This document shows, piece after piece, positions 10,334 to 19,031 of a stretch of DNA of 64,000 nucleotides. This stretch comes from an uncultured virus (IMG/VR IMGVR_UViG_3300043446_000587) (taxonomy: Duplodnaviria > Heunggongvirae > Uroviricota > Caudoviricetes), in the IMG/VR virus record IMGVR_UViG_3300043446_000587; one strand, 5' to 3'. Under the pieces are notes generated by a model that saw only the letters and a list, made by a program, of their open reading frames with translations, made no database searches and was not told the DNA's origin. Position 1 is the stretch's first letter. Each line of letters starts with the position of its first letter. The translations under genes were made by a program, and so were the position numbers.

Positions 10334-11254
10334 TTAAGCGTTGTCTGTCCCAATGACATCCCACGTGCCACCTTGAGCGTCGTCAACAATCCCCCAGCCG
10401 GGGGTCTGCGCATCGTTAATTGTCGCCCAACTTGGGGTTTGCGCTGTATTCAACGTTGCCCAACTTGGGGTTTGCGCATCACCAATAGTCGCCCAGTCTG
10501 CGTTTTGTGAGTCATCAATCAGCTCCCAAAGGAATCGCGCAACGATTGTGTCAACACCTACAGCGCTATCTGTAATGGTAGCAAGAAACACTGCTGCTGC
10601 CAAGAACTGATCGACTGCGTTAACCGTCTCCGCCACCGCCGCATTGAATGTAGAAGCCGCAACACTTGTGCTGTCGGACCCTGTGGCCGCCTCGGCAATT
10701 ACCCCCGCTACAACGGCCCTTGCACTGACAGAATCAGAACTAACAACCGTTTCAAGGACCGAGGCTATGAACTCAACAAAAGTCGATACGGTGTCTTGGC
10801 CTGTGGCTGTTTCAGCTATAGAGGCGTTGTATTCAAGACTTCCAGTTACTACGTCAGCCCCGGTAGCCGATTCGGAAATTGCGCCAACAAAAGTGGCTAC
10901 AGCCGCAACTTGCTCAGATACAGTGGCCGATTCGTCAATAGCCACAGCAAAATCAACCAGCGCGGAAAATACATCCGACCCTGTAATAGCTTCCTGCACT
11001 GCGCAGTTAATAACTACGAGGGCTGCTATGGACTCAGAGATAGTGACAGACTCGCTAATAGCAGCGAAGAAATTTGACGCCGCTACTGCAACACTGTCTG
11101 CGCCAACTGAAGATTCCGTGATGCTGGTGGTGAAATTTGCCACCGCCACAACAGTTTGGCTTGCGGCTGCCGCTTCTTCAATTTCACCAAGGTAAGTTGC
11201 CCCCGCGCTGGATGTAGCCAGCGGTACAGTTGCAAGCGGGGTAAACCCAAGCAC
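10334..11254 (-). CDS. Virion structural protein with A/S/T/V-rich repeats
   Basis: Repeating 'I.E.A.G.D' units and C-terminal QTP.W repeats, within the tail operon. Confidence 0.65.
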   Translation of the reverse strand: MLGFTPLATVPLATSSAGATYLGEIEEAAAASQTVVAVANFTTSITESSVGADSVAVAASNFFAAISESVTISESIAALVVINCAVQEAITGSDVFSALVDFAVAIDESATVSEQVAAVATFVGAISESATGADVVTGSLEYNASIAETATGQDTVSTFVEFIASVLETVVSSDSVSARAVVAGVIAEAATGSDSTSVAASTFNAAVAETVNAVDQFLAAAVFLATITDSAVGVDTIVARFLWELIDDSQNADWATIGDAQTPSWATLNTAQTPSWATINDAQTPGWGIVDDAQGGTWDVIGTDNA

Positions 11255-11272
11255 AGGGGGTCTCCCTGTGTA

Positions 11273-11848
11273 TTAAGCTGCGTCGAGGCTGAAGGTGTAT
11301 GTCACGTTCAATGTATCGCCAGACACAACCACGCGGTCGCCCGGCGATTGGAAGTCGGCTTCAGAGAACAACACACCAGAAGTGCCGCTAGACACGGTGC
11401 ACAAGAACGCACCAGCCACAGTGCCGCCAGAGCTGCTAATCGTGAAAGACACGGCAGATGCGGTGGCAATCACCGATGGGTCAGCGGAAGAGGCTGAACC
11501 AAAAGTTACAGATTTACGTGCGCCAGAATAGTTGGTGAACTCAGTCCAACCAGCGTGTGAAGCCAAAGTGTCGGTGGCGGCGTAGCTAGTGCCTGAACCG
11601 GGGCCAGTAATCAACCCCAAGTAAAAAGCGCCAGTGTACGCACTGCCTTTGAAATATTGGGTGTTCATGTCCTGCAACCCTTCGTTCACCACGAGGTTGT
11701 GGGTGGTCTCTTCCCACTTGATGTTGCCGTCTTTATCAACACATTGGAAATGGAATACACCACCACCTTTAGCGCCAGAAGCGGTTTGGGTAGCAGCGAC
11801 CAAGCCTGCGGCAACGGTGTCTGTAGATTGTGCTTTATCTTTAAACAT
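11273..11848 (-). CDS. Virion structural (tail) protein
   Basis: HNLVVNEGL...GDTLNVTY, a common phage tail-module pattern. Operon context. Confidence 0.65.
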   Translation of the reverse strand: MFKDKAQSTDTVAAGLVAATQTASGAKGGGVFHFQCVDKDGNIKWEETTHNLVVNEGLQDMNTQYFKGSAYTGAFYLGLITGPGSGTSYAATDTLASHAGWTEFTNYSGARKSVTFGSASSADPSVIATASAVSFTISSSGGTVAGAFLCTVSSGTSGVLFSEADFQSPGDRVVVSGDTLNVTYTFSLDAA

Positions 11849-11857
11849 GGGGGCTCC

Positions 11858-12286
11858 TTACGAGATGCGAATAATTGCCGCTGTGTCGGTAGCAGCAGGA
11901 AACTGCACCGTGAAAGTTGTGGTTGAGGTTTTGTCGCCGCCAAAGTCCAGCACGCAGACCGTTGGGTTGCCAGAACCCGACTTGTAAATCAAAGCGCCGC
12001 GAGCAGTCAAAGCTGCATTCCATGTGACATTCGCAAACGACAAATACACCGTGGCAATACCTGTTTGGTTACCAATTGTAGGTGTCTGCGTAACAGTGAG
12101 AGTTTGACCGCCAGCGGTGTAGCCTGAAGCCACAGCCTCGCCGTCAGTTGTGTATGCGGTCGTATCAGGACCAATCGACGCTGCACCGGTGTACAACGCG
12201 ATCTTGAATGTGTCCACATCAAAGTCAAAGTCACCCTTTGGCAACCCAAGTTTAAATGTGTTTGTTGCGCCTTGAGCAATCGCCAT
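11858..12286 (-). CDS. Virion structural protein
   Basis: DTFKIALYT...GYTAGG...ARGALIY...VLDFGGDK, a common phage structural pattern. Confidence 0.7.
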   Translation of the reverse strand: MAIAQGATNTFKLGLPKGDFDFDVDTFKIALYTGAASIGPDTTAYTTDGEAVASGYTAGGQTLTVTQTPTIGNQTGIATVYLSFANVTWNAALTARGALIYKSGSGNPTVCVLDFGGDKTSTTTFTVQFPAATDTAAIIRIS

Positions 12287-12993
12287 CAGGTCACCGCCTG
12301 TCTATACTGGCCAGAACGATATGCGTCCTGACGCTCCATACCATCGCCCAGACGTTTAGCCATTGCAAGCGCTTCGTTGTACTTGGTGTTGTAGTTTGTA
12401 ATGATGTCAGCTTCTTCCTTCATGAAGGTAGCCGCTTCAACCAAAGAACCGTACAACAGTACGCTGTCAAAGTTGTCGCCTAACCATGTACGCCCATCGC
12501 CCGCAGTCGTGATCGACTCAGGATAGTAGTAATAGTGCAGTTCAACATCGTAGGCTGCGTCTGGTGTTGGACCAAGAATGAATGTCAACTCATCCGTGAT
12601 TGTTGTGCCCGAAGTTGTTGGGCCAAACAATGCGTAATAACGGGGCAGCCCGTTGTAGGCGGCGTTCGTGTTGGGATACGCCTGACGGATGAAGTTCACA
12701 TCTTTATTCAGCAAATACTCATAATTGCCGTCAGCATCAATCACCGCCAAAGAGTAGGAAGCAAGAAAATCACTGGGGCACGAAAGATATTTGTTGTTAT
12801 TTGTGGTTATACCCATTACGTTCTTCCGCAACGATGGAAACTGCACCGTGTTAAAGATGCGCTGTTCCGCCTGCTGGATGAAAGTGTTGATCTGTGTCGT
12901 AGAGGACACAGCACTCCCATCAGCAAGATAAGTCTCTGGAAATTGGTTTTCCGTATAAGACTGAATCGCCGCGAAAAGTTCGTTGTAGGTCAT
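12286..12993 (-). CDS. Head-tail adaptor / tail tubular-like protein
   Basis: TYNEL..AIQSY, FI.QAE.RI, LGPTPD..Y.VELHY and LLYGSLVEA resemble phage adaptor proteins. Confidence 0.65.
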   Translation of the reverse strand: MTYNELFAAIQSYTENQFPETYLADGSAVSSTTQINTFIQQAEQRIFNTVQFPSLRKNVMGITTNNNKYLSCPSDFLASYSLAVIDADGNYEYLLNKDVNFIRQAYPNTNAAYNGLPRYYALFGPTTSGTTITDELTFILGPTPDAAYDVELHYYYYPESITTAGDGRTWLGDNFDSVLLYGSLVEAATFMKEEADIITNYNTKYNEALAMAKRLGDGMERQDAYRSGQYRQAVT

Positions 12994-13190
12994 GCCATCG
13001 GTCCGCGAGCCATCAAGCCTTTCGTAGCAGCGCCTGTACCACGAATCTTAATACCCGAAGTTTTGGTGGGTGGGTAGTCTTGACTGCGGACGTTAGCCAC
13101 AGACACGTTGGCCTTCTTCATTGTGGTCTTTGCAGGCTCTTCGCCCACCACAACTGAAGGAACTTTTTTAGGGACTTTGTATGTGGCCAT
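12990..13190 (-). CDS. Small basic virion-associated protein
   Basis: 66 aa with an IRGTGAATKG motif. Operon context. Confidence 0.55.
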   Translation of the reverse strand: MATYKVPKKVPSVVVGEEPAKTTMKKANVSVANVRSQDYPPTKTSGIKIRGTGAATKGLMARGPMA

Positions 13191-13191
13191 A

Positions 13192-13383
13192 TTAGCCTCC
13201 GCGACCAGAAGAACGCTGGTTCATAACCTTGGCCATGTTGCGGCCATACTTGAGCATATCGCTGTTGGTTTTACCACCGGCCTTCATTTTAGTCAGTGGC
13301 TTACCGGGGTGCATGGCTTTTTCGTGCTTGTGCACGGCTCTTGCGGCCATCTTTTTATCTTGTGCGAGGTCTTTCTTGTCCAT
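13192..13383 (-). CDS. Small basic protein
   Basis: Start at MDKKDL after an AGGAG RBS. Contains MKAGGK. Confidence 0.55.
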   Translation of the reverse strand: MDKKDLAQDKKMAARAVHKHEKAMHPGKPLTKMKAGGKTNSDMLKYGRNMAKVMNQRSSGRGG

Positions 13384-13393
13384 GAGGGACTCC

Positions 13394-13822
13394 TTATGTC
13401 GTTGCAATAGTGACTGTACCAATTTCCACGGCTAAAGCCAAGTAATTTGGCGTTAATCCATCATCACTCAAGCTCGCTCCACCAACAGGGTTCCACCCCC
13501 ACTGAATGTCACGACTGCCTTCGCCTTGGAAACCTTGAGCAAGCACATCAGTGCTGTTGCTGTTAATGATCTGAAGTCCAGTTGTACCAGACGTAATGTA
13601 GCTACGATCAGGACGTGGATCACGCAAACCTTGTGGATCATCCACAGGAAACATACCCAACAGCAGTTGTGGGTGGTCTGGGTCCCAGCACTCTGGGCAG
13701 ACTAGCAACGCATAGTTCTTAGTCTTGATGATCTCCTTGCGCAGCTGCTTGAGCTTATAACGCCCATCGCAGCGATCGCACTGAGCAATCGCCCATTTGC
13801 CAGAAGCAAATCTGTTTCCCAT
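13394..13822 (-). CDS. Zn-ribbon-containing phage protein
   Basis: CDRC...VCPECWD..HPQL motif. Confidence 0.65.
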   Translation of the reverse strand: MGNRFASGKWAIAQCDRCDGRYKLKQLRKEIIKTKNYALLVCPECWDPDHPQLLLGMFPVDDPQGLRDPRPDRSYITSGTTGLQIINSNSTDVLAQGFQGEGSRDIQWGWNPVGGASLSDDGLTPNYLALAVEIGTVTIATT

Positions 13823-14755
13823 TTAGATCGTGTTCCCCAAGAACTGCTGACGGGGCACAAAACGCAATGCTGCCTTTTCGTGGTCCTCGTACGCAGCCAA
13901 TTCCCAAGCTTCGTCATACTGCTGTTTGAGCAGCATTAAACGCTCTGCACCTTCTGGAATCTTGCCAGCGATGTAGTACGCCAGACCAGCAGCCATACAA
14001 GGAATGAAGCGGAAAGGTACGTCCATCACGTTCACACCGCCGCCCGCATCTTGGGTGCGGCGTAGACGCCAATACACGAACTGATATGACTGAGCCCCAT
14101 CAGGTGTGGGCCACACGGTCACAGCTGGTAAGTTCTGGACCGACACGGGGTCCAAAGCAGAATGGGAAGCGGCGGTCGTACCGTTTTGCCCACGGAAGCA
14201 ATAAAGCAACTGGTTTCCGCTGACGTTGGTGTAGTTGATTGTTTCGTTACCAATTTTGATAAAACCAGCGGCAGCGAGGCCCTGCGTTGAAGTCAACGTG
14301 ATCGTAGTGTCAGTAGCCGAAATGCCAGACGCAAGAGTCGTGATTGGCGCTGTCGTTTGACCATCAAGGCGCTGTACCCAAACCTGAATTGGACGAGCTT
14401 GCTGAAGTTTGTTTGGGAGAGTCGCATAGGTCGAAACGCTGATGCGGGTAATTGTCAGGTCAGCCTGATTCGATTGTTGATTGGCCTGTGTACGAATCAC
14501 ATGCTCCAACAAGTCAACGGTATCGTTGGGGAGCGCATAAGTGCTCTGACCTTGGACAAGGTCAATCTGGCCCTGCTCAATAGTCCACATGTTGATACCA
14601 CGGTTAGCCCACTCAGCAAACATGATGTTAAGGCTGCGACGAGCAGTACGCAGGTCATAGCCAGAACGCAATTCACGTCCGGCACGCTCGAACGCTTCCT
14701 CGACCAGCTCAGCTAGGTCAAGGTTAAAAGAAGAGGTTCCGGATGTGATTGCCAT
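13823..14755 (-). CDS. Head-tail adaptor / head completion protein
   Basis: EEAFER.G, ARRSLN....WANRG.N.WT, VWPTPD and DVP.RF.PC..AGLAYY, a conserved podovirus-type adaptor pattern. Confidence 0.7.
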   Translation of the reverse strand: MAITSGTSSFNLDLAELVEEAFERAGRELRSGYDLRTARRSLNIMFAEWANRGINMWTIEQGQIDLVQGQSTYALPNDTVDLLEHVIRTQANQQSNQADLTITRISVSTYATLPNKLQQARPIQVWVQRLDGQTTAPITTLASGISATDTTITLTSTQGLAAAGFIKIGNETINYTNVSGNQLLYCFRGQNGTTAASHSALDPVSVQNLPAVTVWPTPDGAQSYQFVYWRLRRTQDAGGGVNVMDVPFRFIPCMAAGLAYYIAGKIPEGAERLMLLKQQYDEAWELAAYEDHEKAALRFVPRQQFLGNTI

Positions 14756-14757
14756 GA

Positions 14758-14931
14758 TTACTTCATTTTCTTAAGCGTTTGAGCGAGTCGAGCACGTTGG
14801 CCAAGCTTGCCCGAAGACTTTGCAGCTTTTGAGAGAGTTTTTGCAGGAATTGGTTTATCACCTTTGACTCCTAGTTGAGCGCGTAATGCGCCGGGTTTTT
14901 TGATAGCTTTCTGAATCCACTTCTCAGCCAT
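14758..14931 (-). CDS. Small basic protein (57 aa)
   Basis: Read manually as MAEKWIQKAIKKPGALRAQLGV...GQRARLAQTLKKMK. Has a GGAG RBS and is below the ORF-track cutoff. Confidence 0.7.
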   Translation of the reverse strand: MAEKWIQKAIKKPGALRAQLGVKGDKPIPAKTLSKAAKSSGKLGQRARLAQTLKKMK

Positions 14932-14934
14932 GAT

Positions 14935-15192
14935 TTACTCCTGTGCAGCCCACATATTGTCAATCAAATTGGGATAAGGTCTGCCAGCGCGACGTGCGCG
15001 GGACTTAGCTTGCTGTTTCCTATCCGCTTTCAATTCTTTAGACTTGCCGAGTTTTTGGGGCCGTGGTTTAGACCACACCTCTCCGCCGTTAGCATACATG
15101 TCAACGTCGTTCGGGTCATCCTTGCGATGAATGACCTTCTTAGTAGGCATCTTGGAGGGAGAGATGGCTCCCATCCCACGGCTGGGCATCAT
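14935..15192 (-). CDS. Small basic protein
   Basis: MMPSRGMG...YANGGEV...AGRPYPNLIDNM. Confidence 0.6.
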   Translation of the reverse strand: MMPSRGMGAISPSKMPTKKVIHRKDDPNDVDMYANGGEVWSKPRPQKLGKSKELKADRKQQAKSRARRAGRPYPNLIDNMWAAQE

Positions 15193-15194
15193 GA

Positions 15195-15563
15195 TTACAC
15201 CAGCTTTCCGCGAGTCTTACCTTTGACGCAGCAACCGTCAGCACGGCTAGAAGCTGTGCCGCCTGCTTTCAAGCCTTCGCCTTTTGCTTCAAGCTGGGCT
15301 TTGTTTTCACTTAAACCCCAGCCGCGTCCAAACTTTTGGATTGGCTCGGTAACGGCGTCAGCAACGTTATAAAGAGCTTGGTTTACGGGCGTGCTTGTGT
15401 CACGCTTGTTGTAAACCTCTTTATATTTTTTGACTTTGTCATCGTAGTCTTTATCTACTTTGATGCCGCTTCCGGGCTGCTCTGGCAAACCGGGTTCGTT
15501 CTTTTTAAATTTACGACCAGCAGACGCGCCATCAATATCTTGTGGGATTTTCTTTTCGGGCAT
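15195..15563 (-). CDS. Small protein with GG / RADG..KGKTRG C-terminal motif
   Basis: ORF track. C-terminal motif shared with the neighbouring genes. Confidence 0.6.
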   Translation of the reverse strand: MPEKKIPQDIDGASAGRKFKKNEPGLPEQPGSGIKVDKDYDDKVKKYKEVYNKRDTSTPVNQALYNVADAVTEPIQKFGRGWGLSENKAQLEAKGEGLKAGGTASSRADGCCVKGKTRGKLV

Positions 15564-15571
15564 GATTCACC

Positions 15572-16408
15572 TCAGAACATTCTGCCGCGTGTCTTACCAC
15601 GTTTGGCAATACCATCACCACGGCTAGATGCGGAAGAGCGTGCGGGTGCAGCCTTCTTAACCTTGCCACCTTTTTTGAACTCGTCCATGCCTTTAGGGCC
15701 AGCCAACCAAGCGAGTGGGTTTGTAACCTTGTCGCGGGCTGTATCAGCAGCTTCGTATGCGATTTGGCGGGGTGGACCGGGCAACTGTTTTGTAGCGCCT
15801 TTTACGGCTTGATCGCCGCCAGAATATGCCAATCGCGCACGGTCGGAATAACCAATCGCAGGCTGAATGTATTCTGGGATTTTTTCAACATTACGAGCAG
15901 CGTGACGGCGTGCTAAGTTTTGAGCCGCTGACGCCACACCCTTCAAGCCCATCATAGAGCCGCCGAGCAAATACTCTTCTGGGCGAACAGCTTCTAAAGC
16001 TTGAGACTGCTCCATACGCTGACGCTCTGCACGACCCTCTGGGCTAGCGGCTCTGCGTTGAGCTTCTTCGTACTGTTGTTGACGGTATGCAGCTTCTTCG
16101 CCAAACCCGGGACCTTTTTGCCCAGCAGAGCCGGGTTTTGGGGTATAGGTTGATGGACGTGTGCGCGCGGGAGCAGCGTTTGAACGAGGCATACGCCCGA
16201 TACCTACAGGCCCCTCACGACGACCTTCGTTGCCGTAATCTTCATTACGGTCTACAGCCCTAACATCTGGGTTGTATTGGTCGTCTCCGCCCACAGGTGT
16301 ACCAACTCGGTCTTCCACAGGCACAGAAGAACCGTCCTGCTTCTTGTTCAGGAGCAGACCTAAAGCGCCAAGGGCTGCTAGCCCTGCTAGATCATTTCTT
16401 CGTGCCAT
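15572..16408 (-). CDS. Low-complexity protein with GG / RGDGIA.RGKTRG C-terminal motif
   Basis: AGGAGG RBS and the shared C-terminal motif. Confidence 0.6.
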   Translation of the reverse strand: MARRNDLAGLAALGALGLLLNKKQDGSSVPVEDRVGTPVGGDDQYNPDVRAVDRNEDYGNEGRREGPVGIGRMPRSNAAPARTRPSTYTPKPGSAGQKGPGFGEEAAYRQQQYEEAQRRAASPEGRAERQRMEQSQALEAVRPEEYLLGGSMMGLKGVASAAQNLARRHAARNVEKIPEYIQPAIGYSDRARLAYSGGDQAVKGATKQLPGPPRQIAYEAADTARDKVTNPLAWLAGPKGMDEFKKGGKVKKAAPARSSASSRGDGIAKRGKTRGRMF

Positions 16409-16421
16409 GATGGCCTCCTAT

Positions 16422-16835
16422 TTAGCAGGCTTTGCCGCCGTATGCCATTTTCTTGGTCATGCCGCCTTTTTTCATACCCAGAGGTTTGCTGCCAGCCATT
16501 TTGACTTGGGTGCCCTTGGTTTTACCCTTGGAAACCACGCCGTCGCGGCTAGGAGCAGCAGTGCGGACTGAGCCCATTTTGGCGTTAGTGATACCGTTAC
16601 CTGAAGATTTAGCCATGACTTGGCCTCCTTTATTGAAAAGTGCAGCTTGTTTGCTGCGGTGGGTTTCGGGCTTATTCACCCCTTGCAAATCAGGGCGAGC
16701 CCCGAATTTCTTACCTTTGTCAGCAGCGACAAACTCTTTGCCCACTTTCTGTGGGATGCCAGCCTTCTTTGCAAAGTCTGGGTTGTTGGCGACTGCTGCC
16801 ATCAGGTTGTGTTGTTTCTGACTAGTTGAGGGCAC
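16422..16835 (-). CDS. Small basic protein
   Basis: MPSTSQKQHNLMAAVANNPDFAKK... with several KGG/YGG motifs. Confidence 0.6.
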   Translation of the reverse strand: MPSTSQKQHNLMAAVANNPDFAKKAGIPQKVGKEFVAADKGKKFGARPDLQGVNKPETHRSKQAALFNKGGQVMAKSSGNGITNAKMGSVRTAAPSRDGVVSKGKTKGTQVKMAGSKPLGMKKGGMTKKMAYGGKAC

Positions 16836-17070
16836 TTCTGTTCTCCCGGATCATCAGGTCAATCTTGTCGTTGAGCTTGTCGAAACGCTGGTCGATGTGA
16901 GCCACTATCTTGTCGATCTCCGCCTGCGTCACATTGTCCCGAGCGATCTCTTCCCGCGTCCTGTTCAACAGGATCGTGATTCGACTTAGCTCTGCTGATT
17001 TTTCCCTCAGATTCCAACTTAGTAACCCGATGAATGTAGTCAGCAAGACGTTCCATAGCATCATTTCCAT
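16822..17070 (-). CDS. Small membrane-anchored coiled-coil protein
   Basis: Hydrophobic N-terminus and ILLNRTREE motif. Confidence 0.55.
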   Translation of the reverse strand: MEMMLWNVLLTTFIGLLSWNLREKSAELSRITILLNRTREEIARDNVTQAEIDKIVAHIDQRFDKLNDKIDLMIRENRSALN

Positions 17071-17071
17071 G

Positions 17072-17317
17072 TCAGCAATTCCATGCCCGCAAGGATTTAT
17101 TGATCCTGCTGTTGGGGTCTTTGGCTGTCTTGGCCGATGTTAATTTTTTCTTCATCCCCTCCATCCGCGCACAGAAAGAGTCGCGGCGTGAGCCGCCTTC
17201 TGGTTGAGGGGGTTTTAAATTCATTCCTTGCTTCTTCGCAGAGGCGCGCCCTTTGGCGTTGAGACCTCCGTTCGGATTCTTGCCTTCTTTCCTCTGCCAT
17301 GCTGGTGATTTAGCCAT
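17072..17317 (-). CDS. Small basic conserved phage protein
   Basis: MAKSPAWQRKEGKNP.GGLNAKGRAS...RRDSFCARM...SLRAWNC. Confidence 0.65.
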   Translation of the reverse strand: MAKSPAWQRKEGKNPNGGLNAKGRASAKKQGMNLKPPQPEGGSRRDSFCARMEGMKKKLTSAKTAKDPNSRINKSLRAWNC

Positions 17318-18059
17318 TTACAACTTTCAATACTGGCGTGCAGTGTTGTTCCAGCAGGGGCTTCAACACATCTGCTTCAAAGTCACGAGTGAACTTCTCA
17401 GTACCGACGTGTGGGAGGCTGATGGAGGGGTCAAGAAAAACTGTGAAGCCGTCAGCGGTTGCACGGTCACAGAACAAATAATCTTCGCCGTAGTACTCGC
17501 CGTTGACGATCTGCAAATCAAAGATTGCACTGTCAGTACGGTTGTCTACGTTGTTGAAGTAATTCCACTCTGGATGCTTGGCAATCATTGTCTCAAGCAC
17601 GTGGCGTTGAATCATCATGAACCCTGTGCCGATACGCTTCACACGAAGCATGCCATTCGCGTCAAACTCCAAGCCACCATTCTCGTCGAGGTAGTAGTCA
17701 AGGAAGAATTTGCGGTCCATACCACGGCGAGGGTAGATACCTGCCGTAATGTCTTTATCCAGACTCAACGCCATCAAGCGGAGAATCGCATCAGCGGTAA
17801 CAACCACATCAGCATCGACAAACAGAAGCGTGTCTGCGTCGGATTTGAGAAAGTCCGCAACCAAGCAGTTGCGTGCCTTCGTAATGAGGGAGCACCCCGA
17901 GAGGTGCGTGAGATAGAGCTTAACCCCCAACGACTGGACCTGAACGGCCAGATTGGACAAGGCAAAAGCCGAATCAATGTTCAGCTTGCCGTCGTAAGCT
18001 GGAATCGCAACCATCAGTTTGCGACCAGCTAGGTTAATGCTCTTCTCGGTATCAGCCAT
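17310..18059 (-). CDS. Glycosyltransferase (GT-A fold)
   Basis: SLITKARN, LLFVDADV (DxD), GTGFMMI.R and GEDY.FC motifs. Confidence 0.8.
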   Translation of the reverse strand: MADTEKSINLAGRKLMVAIPAYDGKLNIDSAFALSNLAVQVQSLGVKLYLTHLSGCSLITKARNCLVADFLKSDADTLLFVDADVVVTADAILRLMALSLDKDITAGIYPRRGMDRKFFLDYYLDENGGLEFDANGMLRVKRIGTGFMMIQRHVLETMIAKHPEWNYFNNVDNRTDSAIFDLQIVNGEYYGEDYLFCDRATADGFTVFLDPSISLPHVGTEKFTRDFEADVLKPLLEQHCTPVLKVVNG

Positions 18060-18342
18060 AAAACACTGTTACGCTTGCAATACCAGTCAAGCTGGCGTAC
18101 ACGTTTGTAGTGAACAAAACACCTTCTCCGGGCACCAATGTGTAAAACGTGTTGGGGTTGGAGTTAGATGGAATGTCGATTTCAATGCGTGTAGTGCCGC
18201 TGGAACCGCCGTCTTTCAACAACAGGGTGCCAGCGGTGCTAGCAGTTGCACAGATAGAGAAGCCCTTGACACGCGTGCGACCCGCAAAAATGGAGCCAGA
18301 CGCGTTAAGGTGCGTACTCTTTACGTCGGTTTGCATGGTCAT
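18052..18342 (-). CDS. Virion structural protein
   Basis: Beta-rich 96 aa with PGEGVLF. Head module context. Confidence 0.55.
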   Translation of the reverse strand: MTMQTDVKSTHLNASGSIFAGRTRVKGFSICATASTAGTLLLKDGGSSGTTRIEIDIPSNSNPNTFYTLVPGEGVLFTTNVYASLTGIASVTVFYG

Positions 18343-18355
18343 TACGACCTCCTAA

Positions 18356-18895
18356 TTAGGAATCAGCGAAGGGAGTAGCGACAGTGCCAGAACCCAAAGC
18401 GATACCGTTCACCACATATTTGTTTGCAGCGATTGCAACGATTTGAACCCAAGTACCAGCAACACCACCGGTGGTAGTACCGTTGAAGTTGATAAAGTCG
18501 TTGGTAGAGCCAGCAGTGTAGGCAACCAAAGCGTTGGTGCTGTCAGTGTCCACGCCCAAGATGGTGCCAACAAACTTGTCGGTGCCGTTTGTACCAATCT
18601 TCAATGAGCTGGTAGAGATGGTTGTGGGAACCCAGATGGTGTAAGTCACACCTTCGTTGTTCAAGGTGTTGGGGTCTTGGCCGGGGCCAGAAGAAGAGGG
18701 GTTTGCGCTGGTGTTAATCGCAGGCAGAGTGATTGTCAGAGTGGAGGCCAAAGAGCCGCCGACAGTGAGGATACGACCGCCGTGAGCAACGGGGTCAAGT
18801 GTGGTGCTAGCTGTGATTGAAACAACAGCTTCGGGACCTTGTTGATAGATGCCGCCCAGAGAGCGAATTGGACCTTGGAAGGTAGTGCGTGCCAT
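18356..18895 (-). CDS. Capsid decoration / minor capsid protein
   Basis: MARTTFQGPIRS N-terminus, T/G-rich, immediately downstream of the MCP. Confidence 0.6.
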   Translation of the reverse strand: MARTTFQGPIRSLGGIYQQGPEAVVSITASTTLDPVAHGGRILTVGGSLASTLTITLPAINTSANPSSSGPGQDPNTLNNEGVTYTIWVPTTISTSSLKIGTNGTDKFVGTILGVDTDSTNALVAYTAGSTNDFINFNGTTTGGVAGTWVQIVAIAANKYVVNGIALGSGTVATPFADS

Positions 18896-18904
18896 GTCTT
18901 TTCC

Positions 18905-18965
18905 TTACATGCAAGTTAGGTGCATCTGTCTGCATGTCGTCTAGCCGGGACTAGTCAGATACACC
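18905..18965 (-). ncRNA. Structured RNA downstream of the Mu-gpT-like capsid gene (Mu-gpT-DE-like cis element)
   Basis: Stem GGTGTATCTG/CAGATGCACC with an inner CTAG hairpin. Loop ACATGCA is complementary to TGCATGT next to the AAGGA RBS. Family assignment is from recall of genomic context. Confidence 0.55.
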
Positions 18966-18985
18966 GGGGACCCCGGGATGGGTTG

Positions 18986-19014
18986 AATATACAACAAAAG
19001 AAAAGGGGGCACAA
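18986..19014 (-). promoter_or_regulatory. Sigma70-like promoter overlapping the post-MCP terminator
   Basis: TTGTGC-17 bp-TATATT on the minus strand. Confidence 0.4.
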
Positions 19015-19023
19015 GGCCCCCTT
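18996..19023 (-). terminator. Intrinsic terminator after the major capsid gene
   Basis: AAGGGGGC-CTTGT-GCCCCCTT followed by TTCTTTT on the minus strand. Confidence 0.8.
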
Positions 19024-19031
19024 CGGATTTA

